From the NCBI RefSeq assembly GCF_006345805.1, contig NW_021836150.1:1-64000 (forward strand): a DNA stretch of 64,000 bases, in the 5' to 3' direction. Under the pieces are notes generated by a model. That model was not told where the DNA came from and searched no databases. It worked only from the letters and a program-made list of their open reading frames with translations. Positions 63,255 through 64,000 of this stretch are shown one piece after another; position 1 is the first letter of the stretch; the number at the start of each line of letters is the position of its first letter. Made by a program: the position numbers and the translations under genes. This DNA comes from Octopus sinensis (taxonomy: Eukaryota).

Positions 63255-63782
63255 ATATATATACACACATATATACATACACACACACATACACAAACAT
63301 ACATATATACACAAACACACACCACTGTGATGCTTTAAATTGGCATTAAGATCGTTAGGGATGTAAACTGAGAATGTATAAAACAAATATTCATCACTTA
63401 AACATAAATACATATGCTCAAAGAAACAAGTGATATGAGAATTTATAAAACACACACACACACATTCATTTTTGCACATCGAAATATATATATGCACAAC
63501 AAACATAAAATCACTTATACACACTGATTCATACTGAATTTAGGAATGTGTAATATATTCTGAAATATTTAGTGCCTATTAATATTTTCCCATAAATTTC
63601 TCAATAAACACTAAAAAAGTTGAAAACTCATAGTCAAGTACTGTGTGAGCGAGACTTAATGAGTACATGTGTGAAAGTGAAAGATAGAAATGTATGAGTG
63701 GAAAAACAGATAATTATATGGAAAGAAGTACTTTCTTATGCTGGTAATATGACAAGAAGTTAAAAATCATCATCCTTATAGT

Positions 63783-64000
63783 TTAACCCTTTTGATACCA
63801 ACCCGCCTGAAACCGCCTCTGGCTCTGTAATACAAATGTCTTGTTTTCAAAAGATCTGAATTAAAATCTTCCACCAAACCTTAGTCACAATTTATGTTCC
63901 TAACACTGGCTTAACGATGACTACATTATTTTAATAATTCTTTGTTATATTTAAAAATTAATTGAAAGAACACAGAGTATCTCAACAGAAATATGGTAAT
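63783..64000 (+). mobile_element. piggyBac-like non-autonomous element, left end (cut by window end)
   Basis: Starts TTAA-CCCTTTTGATACC, a piggyBac-type TTAA target plus CCCTT terminus. Confidence 0.55.

Noticed and set aside
8515-63524. Numerous 60-160 aa ORFs rich in YI/VC/HT repeats
   Set aside because: They are translations of (TA)n, (TG)n and (TATG)n microsatellites or of SINE copies, not genes.
1-64000. CRISPR arrays, intact tRNA or rRNA genes, intact autonomous transposons
   Set aside because: None seen; tRNA-like boxes belong to SINE heads, the rRNA matches are fragments, and all transposase/RT frames are disrupted.

Overview
AT-rich, microsatellite-dense eukaryotic DNA. The repeat families and (TA)n density suggest an octopus or other cephalopod genome (inference, no database search run). 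Most of the window is transposon debris: several tRNA-head SINE families (labelled A, C, D, E here, names are mine), RTE-LINE 3' ends with a (GAT)n tail (family B), RTE, CR1/Jockey-type and R4-like LINE relics, two fragmented mariner fossils, hAT/piggyBac/Helitron-like non-autonomous elements, fold-back MITEs and two Penelope GIY-YIG endonuclease relics. One host gene is supported: three in-phase minus-strand exons (49058-48982, 43138-42977, 39586-39483) encoding a 113-aa C-terminus with a Ser/Thr-rich stalk and a GPI-signal-like hydrophobic tail, followed by a ~5 kb SINE-free candidate 3' UTR. The upstream exons were not found. The most notable signals are: (i) a set of type I hammerhead ribozyme motifs, two with intact cores (3946-4027, 31035-31112) in small ORF-less cassettes within (TA)n arrays plus four decayed relatives, alongside Penelope relics; (ii) a 123-bp, 70% GC probable 28S rRNA fragment inserted with a 10-bp target-site duplication into a SINE; (iii) several local templated-copy events (a mariner fold-back junction, a 240-bp inverted duplicate, and a TSD-flanked copy of a SINE 3 kb away).
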